From: Gammaproteobacteria bacterium
Lineage (GTDB): Bacteria; Pseudomonadota; Gammaproteobacteria; Natronospirales; REEB76
Length of the DNA stretch: 64,000 bases
Direction of reading: 5' to 3'
NCBI GenBank assembly: GCA_036000105.1
Contig: DASYGE010000007.1
Coordinates: 100,793 to 164,792, forward strand
Shown: piece by piece, positions 18,400-30,987 of the stretch
How positions within the stretch are numbered: the stretch's first letter is position 1
How the letters are laid out: each line of letters starts with the position of its first letter
Notes under the pieces: generated by a model
Database searches by the model: none
Told to the model about the DNA's origin: nothing
Seen by the model: only the letters and a program-made list of their open reading frames with translations
Translations under genes and position numbers: made by a program

Positions 18400-19427
18400 C
18401 AGCGGATGACGACGCCGTTGACGCCGCTCTCCACCCGACCCACGCGCCAGGCCTGTTCGCCAGAGGCCTTGAGCAGTTCCAACACGCGCGGAGCATCCGC
18501 CTCGGCAACGCAGGCCACCATGCCTATGCCCATATTGAAGGTGCGGTACATCTCCGCTTCCGGGATGCTGCCTTCCTGCATCAGCCACTGGAATATCGCC
18601 GGTCGTGGCCAGGATTTCGCATCCAGCGTGACACCTAGGTCTTCCGGCACCACCCGCGGGATATTCTCCGTGAGACCGCCGCCTGTGATGTGGGCGAAGG
18701 CGTGTACCGGCACCTGCTCCAGGAGTTTTAGCAGGGACTTCACGTAGATGCGCGTGGGCTCCATGAGCTGCTCGATGAGCGCGCGCCCATCGAGTCGCTG
18801 CTCGAACTGTGCACCGGAGACCGCCAGCACCTTGCGGATCAGCGAGTAACCGTTGGAATGGGGACCGGAGGAAGCGAGGCCGATGATCACGTCACCTGCC
18901 TTGACCTTGCTGCCGTCGATGATCTTGTCTTTCTCCACCACGCCGACGGAGAAGCCGGCGAGGTCGTAATCCTGGCCCTGGTACATGCCCGGCAGTTCGG
19001 CGGTCTCGCCACCCACCAGCGCACAGCCGGCGAGTTCGCAACCGCGGGCGATGCCCTCGATGACTTCGGCAGCCATGTCCACGTCCAGCTTGCCGGTGGC
19101 GTAGTAGTCCAGGAAGAACAGGGGCTCGGCGCCTTGCACCACCACGTCGTTGACGCACATGGCCACGAGGTCGGTGCCGATGCCGCCGTGGCGGCCGCTC
19201 TCGATGGCGAGCTTGAGCTTGGTGCCCACGCCGTCGGTGCCGGAGACCAGCACCGGATGACGGTAGCGTGACGGCAACTCCACCAGCGCGCCGAAGCCGC
19301 CGAGTCCGCCCAGCACCTCGGGACGCAGCGTGCGCTTCGCGGCCGGCTTGATGCGCTCCACGAGCGCATCACCCGCGTCGATATCCACGCCGGCATCGCG
19401 GTAAGTGAGGGGTTTTTTGGCGGTCAT
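18399..19427 (-). CDS. purM: Phosphoribosylformylglycinamidine cyclo-ligase
   Basis: [41 protein letters not shown]. Confidence 0.97.
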   Translation of the reverse strand: MTAKKPLTYRDAGVDIDAGDALVERIKPAAKRTLRPEVLGGLGGFGALVELPSRYRHPVLVSGTDGVGTKLKLAIESGRHGGIGTDLVAMCVNDVVVQGAEPLFFLDYYATGKLDVDMAAEVIEGIARGCELAGCALVGGETAELPGMYQGQDYDLAGFSVGVVEKDKIIDGSKVKAGDVIIGLASSGPHSNGYSLIRKVLAVSGAQFEQRLDGRALIEQLMEPTRIYVKSLLKLLEQVPVHAFAHITGGGLTENIPRVVPEDLGVTLDAKSWPRPAIFQWLMQEGSIPEAEMYRTFNMGIGMVACVAEADAPRVLELLKASGEQAWRVGRVESGVNGVVIR

Positions 19428-19535
19428 TTAGGGATGTTTCCCAGGCAAGCAGGCCTTGAAACCGCTCGCCGGGCGGCGGTTTGAGACTGTATATTCTACA
19501 CGACGCCTGATTTCCGCCGCTGGATGCGGGAGAAT

Positions 19536-20660
19536 ATGCCTGTGAAGACACCCCATCACCCATTCATATGCTTGCTGGCCGCCATCTTCTGGATGGTCGC
19601 CGCCGTGCCTGCACGTGCCGCCACGGTCACGGGACTCTATGAGGCGCGTGTACCGGTGGTGGACCAGTCCTCCAGCGCCCGCACTGCGGCGCTGCAACAG
19701 GCGCTCGCGGTAGTGCTGGTGAAGGTCACGGGCGCGCGTTCGGTGCCCGGTCCCTTGAGTGCCGCTTTGGGTGATGCCGCCCACTACATGCAGCAATACC
19801 GTTACGAACAGGCACCGCCCGATCCCAACGCCCAGTCCGGCGCCGCGCCCGCGCTGCTCCTGTGGGCGCGCTTCGATCCCCGGGTGGTGAACGAGGCCGT
19901 CAGCGCCGCTCACGCCCCCCTATGGGGTGCCGAGCGTCCCCGCACTCTCGTGTGGCTCGCCCTGCAGGACAGCACCGGTGCGCGGATCTTGCCCGCCACC
20001 GATAGTTCCTTCCTGATGCAGGCCCTGACCGCCGCCGCCGATCAACGTGGCATCGTGCTCCTGTTCCCCCAGATGGACCCGGTGGACCGGGCCGCTATCG
20101 GCGTGCCGGACGTGGCGGGCTTCTCCGCCGATCGCATCCGCCAGGCGTCCCAGCGTTACAAACCGGATGCCGTGTTGATGGGCAGCATCACGCCTTTTGG
20201 CGCCGGCCAGTACGCGGCCCATTGGCAGCTCATCACCGGAACCCAGCAGGAGACGTGGGTGACGCCGCCCGGGGATGAAGTGGTGACGGTGGTGGACGGC
20301 GTGCAGGTCTCGGCCGATCGCTATGCCGCGCGCTATGCCATCGCTACCGATGCGGGCGATATCGCCGGTGTTTCCCTGGTGGTGCAGGGCGTCACCAGTC
20401 TCGATATCTATGCCAAGGTCTTGAGCTATCTCAGCGGCCTCACGCCGGTGCGCGCGGTGCATGTGCAACGCATGGCAGAGGGCAGCGCGTATTTCAGCGT
20501 TGATGCCCACGGCAGCCTGGATAACCTGCAAGCCGCACTGACCTTGGGCGGCTTGCTGGCGCCGGCGGATACCGCCATCGCGACTGCGACCAGCGCTCCT
20601 GCCGGCACCACCTCGATCCCGGCGCAGACTTTGCTCTATCGCTACGTGCCTGGCCCATGA
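19536..20660 (+). CDS. DUF2066 domain-containing exported protein
   Basis: LYEARVPV...AL..VLVKVTG, LWGAERPRTLVWL; conserved position divergent from purM. Confidence 0.8.
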   Translation: MPVKTPHHPFICLLAAIFWMVAAVPARAATVTGLYEARVPVVDQSSSARTAALQQALAVVLVKVTGARSVPGPLSAALGDAAHYMQQYRYEQAPPDPNAQSGAAPALLLWARFDPRVVNEAVSAAHAPLWGAERPRTLVWLALQDSTGARILPATDSSFLMQALTAAADQRGIVLLFPQMDPVDRAAIGVPDVAGFSADRIRQASQRYKPDAVLMGSITPFGAGQYAAHWQLITGTQQETWVTPPGDEVVTVVDGVQVSADRYAARYAIATDAGDIAGVSLVVQGVTSLDIYAKVLSYLSGLTPVRAVHVQRMAEGSAYFSVDAHGSLDNLQAALTLGGLLAPADTAIATATSAPAGTTSIPAQTLLYRYVPGP

Positions 20661-21718
20661 GCCGCGAGACCAAGATCTGGTTGATCGCAGGCGGGCTCGG
20701 CATCTGTGCGCTGCTGTATCTCCTCGGCCCCATCCTCACCCCGTTCCTCATCAGTGCGCTCTTGGCCTGGTTGGGCGATCCCATGGCCGATCGGCTGGAA
20801 GCCTGGAAGTTCCCCCGCAGCCTCGCCGTGGTCGTGGTGTTCATCGGCACTTTCTTGGTCCTGGGGATGCTGCTGCTGCTCATCGTGCCCATGGTGGGGC
20901 GCGAGTTTGCCGCCCTGTCGGCTCGCACGCCCGAGGCGACAACCTGGTTCCAGAACATCGCCGCACCCTGGCTCGCAGAGCATCTGCATCTGGACGCTTC
21001 GCGCCTGAAGATAGAGAACCTCTCGGGTTTCCTGACCGAGAACATCCAGAGCGCCAGCCAGCTCGCCGGTAACACGCTCGCTACCGTCACCCATTCCGGC
21101 CGCATGGTGTTCGTGATCCTCATGAACCTGCTGTTGGTGCCGGTAGTCACCTTCTACTGGCTGCGGGACTGGGATATCTTCAAGGCACGTGTCGCGGAGT
21201 TGTTGCCCCGTGATCAGGCTGGCTATATTGAGCGGCTGGTGCGGGAGTGCGAAGGGGTGCTGGCAGCATTCTTCCGCGGACAGCTGCTCGTCATGATCTG
21301 CCTCTCGGCCATCTACTCCGTGGGTCTCGCCATCGTGGGCCTGGAGAACGCCGTGGCCATCGGCGTGATCGCCGGCCTGCTGGGCTTCGTGCCCTATCTC
21401 GGTATCACCACTGGCGTGATCCTGGCACTCCTGTCCGCCGTGCTGCAGGGCGGGGACTGGTTGCCGCTGTGGGTACTGGTGGTATTCGCCGTGGGCATGG
21501 GCCTAGAGGGCATGGTGCTCACCCCGCGCTTGGTGGGCGGGCGTATCGGCCTGCACCCGGTCATGGTCATCTTCGCCATCCTGGCCGGTGGGCGGCTGTT
21601 CGGTTTCGTGGGTGTACTCATGGCGTTGCCGGTGGCCGCGGCCTGCATGGTGTTCGCACGCCATCTGCGTGACCGTTATCTCGAGAGCGAGTTCTATCGC
21701 GGCGACGGTGCTCCATGA
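20657..21718 (+). CDS. AI-2E family transporter
   Basis: Multi-TM protein; ILTPF...P, VPYLG, LTPRLVGGRIGLHPV, ALPVAA. Confidence 0.9.
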   Translation: MSRETKIWLIAGGLGICALLYLLGPILTPFLISALLAWLGDPMADRLEAWKFPRSLAVVVVFIGTFLVLGMLLLLIVPMVGREFAALSARTPEATTWFQNIAAPWLAEHLHLDASRLKIENLSGFLTENIQSASQLAGNTLATVTHSGRMVFVILMNLLLVPVVTFYWLRDWDIFKARVAELLPRDQAGYIERLVRECEGVLAAFFRGQLLVMICLSAIYSVGLAIVGLENAVAIGVIAGLLGFVPYLGITTGVILALLSAVLQGGDWLPLWVLVVFAVGMGLEGMVLTPRLVGGRIGLHPVMVIFAILAGGRLFGFVGVLMALPVAAACMVFARHLRDRYLESEFYRGDGAP

Positions 21719-22424
21719 GTGCCGAGCGCGTGCTCGAGGGACAGTTACCCCTGCCCATCACCCTCGACGAAGGCGCCACCTTCGATAGCTTCCACGCCGG
21801 GCCGAATGCCGCGGCGGTGGATGCGCTGCAGACCCTGGCGAAACAGGGCGGCACGTCGGTGATGTTCTTGCACGGCGCCGATGGCACCGGCAAGTCCCAT
21901 CTCCTGCAAGCCGCCTGTCGCGCGGCCACCGCTGTCGAACGGCGTGCCATGTATCTGCCCATGAGCCAGGCGGTGCTGCTGGACCCGTCCGCGGTGGAGA
22001 ATTTCGACCGCTACGCCCTCGTGTGCCTGGACGACGTGCAGCGGGTGGCGGGCACCGAGCCCTGGCAGCGGGCACTGCTGACCCTCATCGATTCCTTGAA
22101 GCAGAACGGCGGCGGTTTCGTGGCCAGCGCCCGCGGCGCGCCTGGCAGCATCAAGCGCCTCCTGCCGGATCTGGTGTCGCGTCTGTCCTGGGGGCCGGTG
22201 TTCCAGCTCGAAGTGATGGGCGACACGGACAAGATCGCTGCTATGCAGCAGCGGGCCCATCGTCGCGGTTTCGAACTCCCCGATGACACTGCCAAGTTCC
22301 TGCTCAACCGCCTGCAGCGGGACATGAGTACGCTCTGCGCCACCCTGGATACGTTGGACACGGCTTCACTAGTGGCCCAGCGCAAGCTCACGGTGCCGTT
22401 TGTCAAATCGGTAATCGAGAAGCG

Positions 22425-22428
<4 letters not shown>
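21715..22428 (+). CDS. hda: DnaA regulatory inactivator Hda
   Basis: QLPL clamp motif, ATFDSF, GTGKSHLL, DLVSRLSWG. Confidence 0.92.
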
Positions 22429-23712
<1,284 letters not shown>

Positions 23713-23827
23713 ACGTGGGCACGCATGCCGGCAAACCCGGACGAGGTCATCACTATAGCGCAGCCGGCTCGCTTGACGGCCATCGGCGGGCGCTGCTAGC
23801 GTGGCCCCCGGTTAAGGCCTACGCATC

Positions 23828-24169
23828 ATGGTGTTTCCCCTGGATACAGTTCCACATATCGCGGCCCGCGCCTTGCGTCTGCTTGCGGTAGCAAGCGCCG
23901 CCGTCGTGCTATTCGCCTGTGCCGGTGCCCCGGTGCAGGAGATGAGCAACGCGCGCCAGAGCCTGGCCGCGGCCCAACAGGCCCAGGCCGACAAGAGCGC
24001 GCCTGTGGATATGGAAAGCGCACGACATTATCTGGATGCCGCCCAGGCAGCCCTGGATGCGGGGGACTATTCCACCGCCCGGGAAGACGCGCTGAAGGCC
24101 CAACAGGCTGCGTTGAAAGCCCTCGGGATCAGTCAGAGACAAGACGTATCCGGCCACTCTCCGCCGTAA
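23828..24169 (+). CDS. DUF4398 family lipoprotein
   Basis: Lipobox LFAC; APVQEMSNARQSLAAA helical motif. Confidence 0.75.
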   Translation: MVFPLDTVPHIAARALRLLAVASAAVVLFACAGAPVQEMSNARQSLAAAQQAQADKSAPVDMESARHYLDAAQAALDAGDYSTAREDALKAQQAALKALGISQRQDVSGHSPP

Positions 24170-24208
24170 AACTCCCGTATTTTCCTTATGTTAAGGCTCA
24201 CTGCTTCC

Positions 24209-24238
24209 TTGACACCGGAGTTGCTGGAGGGCTAACCT
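24209..24238 (+). promoter_or_regulatory. Candidate sigma70 promoter of the LysM lipoprotein gene
   Basis: TTGACA-N18-TAACCT. Confidence 0.45.
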
Positions 24239-24329
24239 TGCCGCTCAATAATGAATCGATGGGGCCTCGTCTGGCGTGGTCCCCATTCCCTTCCTGCAGA
24301 AAAAACAATTTGAGGTTGGAGACATAACC

Positions 24330-25079
24330 ATGAAGAATTTACTCAAGCAGTCCGCAGTGCTGTTGCTCGCCGCCGGCCTCATGGCCGGTTGCGCCACCAA
24401 GCCGGCGCCTGCTCCGGCCGCTGCTGCTCCGCAGCCTGCGGCAGCTGCCACCACCCAGGCCATCAGTGATGCGCAGGCCGTGGTCGCGAGCGCCCAGGCG
24501 CCCTGCACCGACACCGGCAATGCCGCTGACCTGATCTCCCAGGCCCAGGCTGCCGCCACGGCCGGCGACAACGCCAAGGCCCAACAGCTCGCCGCCCAGG
24601 CGAAGCAGGTGGCGACCGATGCGATCAATGCTTGCTACTGCGCCAAGGTGAAGGATCTCCTCGCCCAGGCCCAGGGTTACCACGGCCTCACCGCCGACCA
24701 GCAGGCCCGCCTGACCCAGGCCCAGACGGATGAGACCAACGGCAACTGCAAGGCTGCCTACGACACCCTCTCGGCCTTGGTCGCCGAACTGCAGGCCGCC
24801 AAGATGACCTACAGCGTGGTCAAGGGCGACAGCCTGTGGCGCATCGCTGGCAAGTCTGACGTCTATGGCAACCCCTACGAGTGGCCGCTGATCTACAAGA
24901 ACAACACCGACAAGATCAAGCACGCCGACCTCATCTATCCGAAGCAGGATCTGGACGTGGTCCGGAACCCGCTGCAGGCTGATGCGGACGCGGCGACCGC
25001 CTATGCCAAGCATCGCGGTGCCTGGCGCGGTCACAAGGCCGACAGGAAGGATAAGAAGTACGCCGCCGGCGGAAACTGA
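24330..25079 (+). CDS. LysM peptidoglycan-binding lipoprotein
   Basis: Lipobox MAGC; Ala-rich helical region; YSVVKGDSLWRIA...YGNPYEWPLIY...N...I..ADLIYP LysM. Confidence 0.88.
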   Translation: MKNLLKQSAVLLLAAGLMAGCATKPAPAPAAAAPQPAAAATTQAISDAQAVVASAQAPCTDTGNAADLISQAQAAATAGDNAKAQQLAAQAKQVATDAINACYCAKVKDLLAQAQGYHGLTADQQARLTQAQTDETNGNCKAAYDTLSALVAELQAAKMTYSVVKGDSLWRIAGKSDVYGNPYEWPLIYKNNTDKIKHADLIYPKQDLDVVRNPLQADADAATAYAKHRGAWRGHKADRKDKKYAAGGN

Positions 25080-25103
25080 TCGCCTAAATAGAAGGTCGAT
25101 ACC

Positions 25104-25136
25104 AGAGAGGGCTTCGCAAGGAGCCCTCTCTTTTTG
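25104..25136 (+). terminator. Intrinsic terminator after the LysM gene
   Basis: AGAGAGGGCT / AGCCCTCTCT stem followed by a T run. Confidence 0.8.
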
Positions 25137-25155
25137 TCTCCGCTACAATCACGCT

Positions 25156-25428
25156 ATGCTGATCTGCAAGCGTTGTCTGGTCTCCGGTCGGGTGCAGGGC
25201 GTGTTCTACCGTGCCAGCACCGCTGAACGCGCCAAGGCGCTCGGCGTCACCGGTCATGCGAAGAACCTGCTGGATGGGCGGGTCGAGGTGCTGGCCTGCG
25301 GCGAGGAGGTAGCAGTGCAGGAGCTATGCAATTGGCTCTGGGAAGGACCGCCGGCGGCGCGAGTGGAACGGGTGGATATCAGTGAGGCGGATACCGACGA
25401 GCCACCCGCTGACTTCAAGACCCGTTAG
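25156..25428 (+). CDS. acyP: Acylphosphatase
   Basis: VSGRVQGVFYR...KNLLDGRVEV...GPPAARV. Confidence 0.92.
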   Translation: MLICKRCLVSGRVQGVFYRASTAERAKALGVTGHAKNLLDGRVEVLACGEEVAVQELCNWLWEGPPAARVERVDISEADTDEPPADFKTR

Positions 25429-25446
25429 GGTCCACGGCTTCCGCTT

Positions 25447-26022
25447 TCAGTTCCAGGCCCATTTCCTGCTCAAGGCCTTGAGCACGCTGTCGGAATAATC
25501 GATGCCTACCGTGGCGCCGTTGTAGCGTTGCAGCGCCTCGCGGATGTCGCCGTGGGATTTCCCCAGGTAGTACTTCAGGATGGTGCAACCCATGCGCAGG
25601 TTGGTCTTGGCGTGCACTAGGCTGTCGTCGGCCCGCCCGATGAGCTTCAGCCAGAAGGGCATGATCTGCATGAGCCCCACGGCCCCGGAATGGGAGACTG
25701 CGTAGGGATCGAACTTGCTCTCCACCTGGATGAGGGCCAGCACCAGCTGCGGCGGCAGTTGGGCGCGGTTCGCCTCTGAGTGGATCATCTTGAGGAGCTT
25801 GAGGCGTTCGTCCGGGTCCGGCACGATGTCCGCGAGGCGCAGGGACATGTCCGTGAGCCACACTTGCTGAGTGTATTTGTCCGCGAAATCGCTCTTGTCG
25901 TCTTCCGCCTGCTGCACCAGGGCGATGAGTTCGGGATCAGGCTTGGTGAACTTCTGGGCGTGGGCCGGGCCGGCGGTTATCAGGCCCACCGCCAGGAGAC
26001 CCCAGCCCAGGGCGCCACGCAT
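25447..26022 (-). CDS. SLT-domain lytic transglycosylase
   Basis: ALIQVESKF...AVGLMQIMP...ALQRYNG. Confidence 0.88.
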   Translation of the reverse strand: MRGALGWGLLAVGLITAGPAHAQKFTKPDPELIALVQQAEDDKSDFADKYTQQVWLTDMSLRLADIVPDPDERLKLLKMIHSEANRAQLPPQLVLALIQVESKFDPYAVSHSGAVGLMQIMPFWLKLIGRADDSLVHAKTNLRMGCTILKYYLGKSHGDIREALQRYNGATVGIDYSDSVLKALSRKWAWN

Positions 26023-27740
26023 CAGGTGCCGGCCGCCATCCGCTGTTTCAGGAAGCCCATGATCTCGCCTGCGGGGATGTTCTGGTTCTCCGCATCGCGC
26101 CGGCCCTTGTATTCCACGGTGCCGGCATCGAGCCCACGCTCTGACAGCACCAGGCGATGGGGGATGCCGATGAGTTCCGCATCGGCGAACATGGGGCCGG
26201 GCCGGAGGTCCCGGTCGTCCAGGAGCACGTCGTAGCCTGCCTCCTGTAACTCCTTGTAGAGCTTCTCGGCCGCGGTCTTGAGCTTCTCGGACTTCGCCAT
26301 GTTGAGGGGTAGGAGCGCGATGTCGAAGGGGGCGAGGGGTGCCGGCCAGATGATGCCGCGCTCATCGTGGTTCTGCTCGATGGCGGCTGCCACCACCCGG
26401 CTCACGCCGAGGCCGTAGCAGCCCATCTGCAGGGCCACGGCCTTGCCCTGGTGATCAAGCACCGTGGCCTTCATGGCGTCCGCGTACTTGGTGCCGAGCG
26501 AGAACACATGGCCCACTTCGATACCCCGTGCGATGCTTAAATGTCCCTTGCCGTCGGGAGAAGGATCGCCTTCCTTCACCTTGCGCAGGTCTTCTACGCG
26601 GGTGATGTGCGCATCCCGTTCCCAGTTGGCGCCGCGATAATGTTTGCCCGCCTCGTTGGCGCCGCAGACGAAGTCCGCGAGGGCCGCTGCCGCCCTATCC
26701 ACGATGATCGGCAGGTCCTTGGGCAGATGCACTGGGCCGATGAAGCCGGGTTTGCACTTGATGGCCTTCCAGATCTCGCCCTCATCCGCCAGCACCGATT
26801 CACCGGGCAGTTCCGGGAGTTTCGCTGCCTTGGCTTCGTTGATCTCATGGTCACCCCGCAGGCAGAGGGCCACCAGGCCCTTCTCGCCGCGCACGATGAT
26901 GGTCTTGACGCATTGTTTCGGATCCACCTTCAAGAAGGCCGTCAGGTCTTCGATGGTCTTCTGGCTGGGGGTGTTCACCGCTTCCAGGGACGCGGCAGGT
27001 GCAGGGCGCGAGCCGGCGGGCGCGAGGGCTTCCGCCAACTCTACGTTCGCCGCGTAGTCGGATCCGGAGGAGAAGACGATGGCGTCCTCGCCGGAATCGG
27101 CGAGCACGTGGAACTCATGGGAGGCGTTACCGCCGATGGCGCCGGTATCGGCTTTCACGGCGCGGAACTTGAGCCCCAGGCGCGTGAAGATGCGCGCATA
27201 GGTGTCGTACATGTTCTGGTATTCCCGCGCGAGGCCTTCCGGGCTCACGTCGAAGGAGTAGGCATCCTTCATGATGAATTCCCGGGCACGCATCACCCCG
27301 AAGCGCGGGCGAATCTCGTCGCGGAACTTGGTCTGGATCTGGTACACGTTGAGCGGCAACTGTTTGTAGCTCTTCAGTTCCGCCCGCGCCCAATCCGTCA
27401 CCACTTCCTCGTGGGTGGGGCCGTAGCAGTATTCCTGCTCTTTGCGATCCTTGATCTTGAGTAACTGCCCGCCGAACTTCTCCCAGCGACCGGTCTCTTC
27501 CCACAGTTCCCTCGGTTGCACCGAGGGCATGAGCATCTCCAGGGCGCCGGCGCGGTTCATCTCCTCCCGCACGATGCCCTCGACTTTAGCCAGCACCCGC
27601 AGGCCCAGCGGCGTCCAGGTATAGATACCGGCGGCGAGCTTGCGCAGCATGCCGGAGCGCAGCATGAGCTTGTGGCTCATGGTCTCCGCATCAGCGGGGG
27701 TTTCCTTGACGGTGTTGAGCGGGAAGCGGGAGGCGCGCAT
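26022..27740 (-). CDS. proS: Prolyl-tRNA synthetase with editing insertion
   Basis: [33 protein letters not shown] anticodon domain. Confidence 0.97.
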   Translation of the reverse strand: MRASRFPLNTVKETPADAETMSHKLMLRSGMLRKLAAGIYTWTPLGLRVLAKVEGIVREEMNRAGALEMLMPSVQPRELWEETGRWEKFGGQLLKIKDRKEQEYCYGPTHEEVVTDWARAELKSYKQLPLNVYQIQTKFRDEIRPRFGVMRAREFIMKDAYSFDVSPEGLAREYQNMYDTYARIFTRLGLKFRAVKADTGAIGGNASHEFHVLADSGEDAIVFSSGSDYAANVELAEALAPAGSRPAPAASLEAVNTPSQKTIEDLTAFLKVDPKQCVKTIIVRGEKGLVALCLRGDHEINEAKAAKLPELPGESVLADEGEIWKAIKCKPGFIGPVHLPKDLPIIVDRAAAALADFVCGANEAGKHYRGANWERDAHITRVEDLRKVKEGDPSPDGKGHLSIARGIEVGHVFSLGTKYADAMKATVLDHQGKAVALQMGCYGLGVSRVVAAAIEQNHDERGIIWPAPLAPFDIALLPLNMAKSEKLKTAAEKLYKELQEAGYDVLLDDRDLRPGPMFADAELIGIPHRLVLSERGLDAGTVEYKGRRDAENQNIPAGEIMGFLKQRMAAGT

Positions 27741-27820
27741 GGGTGTACTTATAGGTTTTGGAGCGGAAAGACCGTATTCTAACGGCCTGTGCTCCCCGGA
27801 GCCTAGCGGCAGCGGACCCC

Positions 27821-28810
27821 ATGCGGCTTTTTTATGATGTGGATACCGATCCGGCTCTGATCCGCGGCCGTCGCGTGGCGGTGCTGGGCTTCGGCGCGCA
27901 GGGCCGGGCCCAGGCAGCGAACCTCAAAGATTCGGCGGTCAAGGTCAGTGTTGGCTTGCGGGCGGCATCGGCCTCACGCGCCGCAGCGGTTGCCGCCGGC
28001 CTCCCGGTGGCGGAACCGGCAGAGGCTGTGGCTGCTGCCGATGTGGTGGTGATGCTCGTGCCGGACGAAGTCCAGTCCCAGGTCTATCGGGAGGTGGTGG
28101 AACCCCGTCTCCGCAAGGGCGGCGCGCTGGTCTTCGCCCATGGCTACAACATCCATTACGGCCGCATCAAACCCCGGGCCGATCTCGACGTCATCATGGT
28201 GGCGCCCAACGGCATAGGCGAGCAGGTGCGCGCCCAGTATGCCGCCGGCCACGGCGTGCCGGGCATTATCGCGGTGCACCAGGACGCTTCCGGCCAGGCC
28301 CGCGCGCTCACGCTCTCCTATGCCTGGGCCCAGGGCCATGGGCGGGCCGGCATCATCGAATCCAGTTTCGCGGAGGAGACCGAGACGGATCTCTTCGCCG
28401 AGCAGGCGGTGCTCTGCGGCGGGCTCACCCATCTCATCAGCGCCGGCTTCGAGACCCTGGTGGAAGCGGGTTATGCGCCGGAGATCGCCTACTTCTGCTG
28501 CCTGCACGAGATAAAGCTCATCGCCGACATGGTCTATGCTCGCGGCATCGCCGGCATGCGCGAGTCCATCTCCGCCACCGCGGAGTTTGGCGATTACACC
28601 CGCGGGCCGCGGGTCATCGGTGCCGAGACCCGCGCCGCCATGCGCGCGCTCCTGGGCGAGATCAGGAGCGGCGCTTTCGCCGCGGAACTGGATAGCGAGA
28701 TGCAGGCCGGCAAACCCGTCATCCAGGCGGGCCGCGCGAAGGCCCGCGCGGCGCTCATCGAGCGCATCGGCGGGGAATTGCGCGCGCATATGGGGGCGGC
28801 TAAACGCTGA
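27821..28810 (+). CDS. ilvC: Class I ketol-acid reductoisomerase homolog with substituted active-site residues
   Basis: [38 protein letters not shown]; APNGIG and YFCCLHE deviate from consensus APKGPG and YFECLHE. Confidence 0.85.
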   Translation: MRLFYDVDTDPALIRGRRVAVLGFGAQGRAQAANLKDSAVKVSVGLRAASASRAAAVAAGLPVAEPAEAVAAADVVVMLVPDEVQSQVYREVVEPRLRKGGALVFAHGYNIHYGRIKPRADLDVIMVAPNGIGEQVRAQYAAGHGVPGIIAVHQDASGQARALTLSYAWAQGHGRAGIIESSFAEETETDLFAEQAVLCGGLTHLISAGFETLVEAGYAPEIAYFCCLHEIKLIADMVYARGIAGMRESISATAEFGDYTRGPRVIGAETRAAMRALLGEIRSGAFAAELDSEMQAGKPVIQAGRAKARAALIERIGGELRAHMGAAKR

Positions 28811-28891
28811 GCTGGGTGCCGAACCGCGGCGCAGACAGCGCCGGCCGTTCATGGCATCATGTTGCCATCATCGGATCGAGGCCTTGAGGGC

Positions 28892-29725
28892 ATGCAGAAG
28901 ATAGTCATCCCCGACGAGGATGTGGAGACCGAAGTCGGCCTCGACGAAGAGGAACCGGGCTCGGCCGCCGTCGATGCGGAAGGTCCGCGCCGCCGCGGCA
29001 TCTATCTCCTGCCCAACCTGTTCACCACCGCAGGCTTGTTCGCGGGGTTCTACGCCATCGTCGCCGCCATGGCCGGCAAGTTCGAGCCGGCCGCCATCGC
29101 CATATTCGTGGCCATGGTCTTCGACAGCCTGGACGGACGGGTGGCGCGCTGGACTCACACCGAGAGCGCTTTCGGCAAGGAATACGACAGCCTCGCGGAC
29201 ATGGTGTCTTTCGGTCTCGCGCCTGCCCTCGTCATGTACGAGTGGTCTCTGCATTCCCTGGTGGATTACGGCAACGTCCTCGGAAAGCTAGGCTGGATGG
29301 GCGCCTTCACCTATGCAGCCTGCGCCGCCATGCGTCTCGCCCGCTTCAATGTAAACGCTGGAGTGATAGACAAGCGTTACTTCCAGGGGCTGCCGAGTCC
29401 TGCCGCTGCCGGCATCTTGGCTGGCGCCGTCTGGTGCGCCGATAGTTTCGACGTGCCCGGCTCCGCCCTCATCATCCCGGCCTTCATCCTTACCGTGGGC
29501 GCGGGCTCGCTCATGGTGAGCAGTATCGGTTTCTACAGTTTCAAGGACCTGAAGCTCCAGGGCCGCGTGCCTTTCGCCGCGCTCCTCCTGGTGCCGGTGC
29601 TCATCGTGGTCATCGTGCTGTCGCCGCCCAACATCCTGTTCCTGAGCTTCCTGCTCTACGCTTGTTCAGGTCTGAGTATGGCCTTCTGGCGTCTGCACAA
29701 GCGCCTGAACAAGAAGGCTGCCTGA
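28892..29725 (+). CDS. pssA: CDP-diacylglycerol--serine O-phosphatidyltransferase
   Basis: [15 protein letters not shown]...[28 protein letters not shown]. Confidence 0.93.
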   Translation: MQKIVIPDEDVETEVGLDEEEPGSAAVDAEGPRRRGIYLLPNLFTTAGLFAGFYAIVAAMAGKFEPAAIAIFVAMVFDSLDGRVARWTHTESAFGKEYDSLADMVSFGLAPALVMYEWSLHSLVDYGNVLGKLGWMGAFTYAACAAMRLARFNVNAGVIDKRYFQGLPSPAAAGILAGAVWCADSFDVPGSALIIPAFILTVGAGSLMVSSIGFYSFKDLKLQGRVPFAALLLVPVLIVVIVLSPPNILFLSFLLYACSGLSMAFWRLHKRLNKKAA

Positions 29726-29736
29726 GACCGCTTCCC

Positions 29737-30465
29737 ATGGATGCGAAGCGCCTCGGCCGGCTCCACGACCTCGGCATCACGCCCTGGGTCACTAAGCGCG
29801 CTGCGCCCGCCCAGCCCCTGAGATCCGCCAGATCCGCTCCGCCTCCCGCAGCATCCGTGAGCGTGCAACTCAGCGTCGCACCCGATGAGCGGGCCGCCGC
29901 CATCGCCGCCATGGACTGGACCACCCTCAAGACTGCCGTCCGGGAATGCACTGCCTGCGGACTGCGGGCCGGCTGCACCCAGACCGTGTTCGGCGTGGGC
30001 GACGAGAGCGCCCGCTGGCTCGTCATCGGCGAGGCACCGGGTGCCGACGAAGACAAGCAGGGTGAACCCTTCGTGGGTCGCGCCGGCCAGCTCCTGAATT
30101 CCATGCTCATGGCCATCGGACTGAAGCGCGAGCAGGTGTACATCGCCAACGTGCTTAAATGCCGGCCCCCCGGCAACCGCGATCCGAAGCCGGAGGAAGC
30201 GGAACTCTGTCGTCCCTTCCTGGAGCGGCAGATCGCCCTCATCCAGCCCAGCATCATCCTGGCGGTGGGGCGCATCGCGGCCCAGAACCTGCTGCACACC
30301 GACACCACCATCGGCCGCCTGCGAGGCACCGTGCACCGGCTGGGAAGCATACCTGTGGTGGTCACCTATCATCCGGCGTATCTCCTGCGTTCGCCCACCG
30401 AGAAGCGCAAGTCCTGGACCGACCTCCAGCTGGCGGTGCAGACCCTCAAGGAGTCGGCGCCATGA
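29737..30465 (+). CDS. Family 4 uracil-DNA glycosylase
   Basis: C..C.L Fe-[34 protein letters not shown]. Confidence 0.92.
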   Translation: MDAKRLGRLHDLGITPWVTKRAAPAQPLRSARSAPPPAASVSVQLSVAPDERAAAIAAMDWTTLKTAVRECTACGLRAGCTQTVFGVGDESARWLVIGEAPGADEDKQGEPFVGRAGQLLNSMLMAIGLKREQVYIANVLKCRPPGNRDPKPEEAELCRPFLERQIALIQPSIILAVGRIAAQNLLHTDTTIGRLRGTVHRLGSIPVVVTYHPAYLLRSPTEKRKSWTDLQLAVQTLKESAP

Positions 30466-30935
30466 GCGCGGTGGTCAAGCACGAACTGCCGGTCTGCCGT
30501 CCCATGCATGAGGGCGACGTGCGCGTGGTCATGGAGATCGAGCGCCGCGCTTACCGTTTCCACTGGACCGACGGCATCTTCCGGGACTGCCTGCGGGTGG
30601 GCTACTGCTGCTGGGTGCTGGAACTCTCAGGCCAGGTGGCCGGCTATGGCGTCATGTCCCTGGTGGTGGGCGAAGCCCACCTGCTCAACATCTGCGTCTC
30701 GCCGGACTGGCAGCGCCAGGGCTATGGCCGGCTGCTGCTGGACCATTTCATGGAGCTGGCCCAGGAGCGGGGCGCGGGCCAGATGTTCCTGGAAGTGCGC
30801 CTGTCCAACGACGCGGCCATCGCCCTGTACCGGCGGCAGGGCTTCAACGAAGTGGGCATGCGCAAGAACTACTACCCCGGCGAGAAGGGCCGGGAAGATG
30901 CCCTGATCCTCGCCAAGGATCTCTCCATAAGCTGA
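30462..30935 (+). CDS. rimI: Ribosomal protein S18-alanine N-acetyltransferase
   Basis: GNAT: HLLNICV, QRQGYG, LEVRLSN, RKNYY, EDALI. Confidence 0.92.
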   Translation: MSAVVKHELPVCRPMHEGDVRVVMEIERRAYRFHWTDGIFRDCLRVGYCCWVLELSGQVAGYGVMSLVVGEAHLLNICVSPDWQRQGYGRLLLDHFMELAQERGAGQMFLEVRLSNDAAIALYRRQGFNEVGMRKNYYPGEKGREDALILAKDLSIS

Positions 30936-30987
30936 GCCTTGGTATCAGGTAAAATAGTCGGCTTTGGCTGCACCCAGAGCGCAAGGC

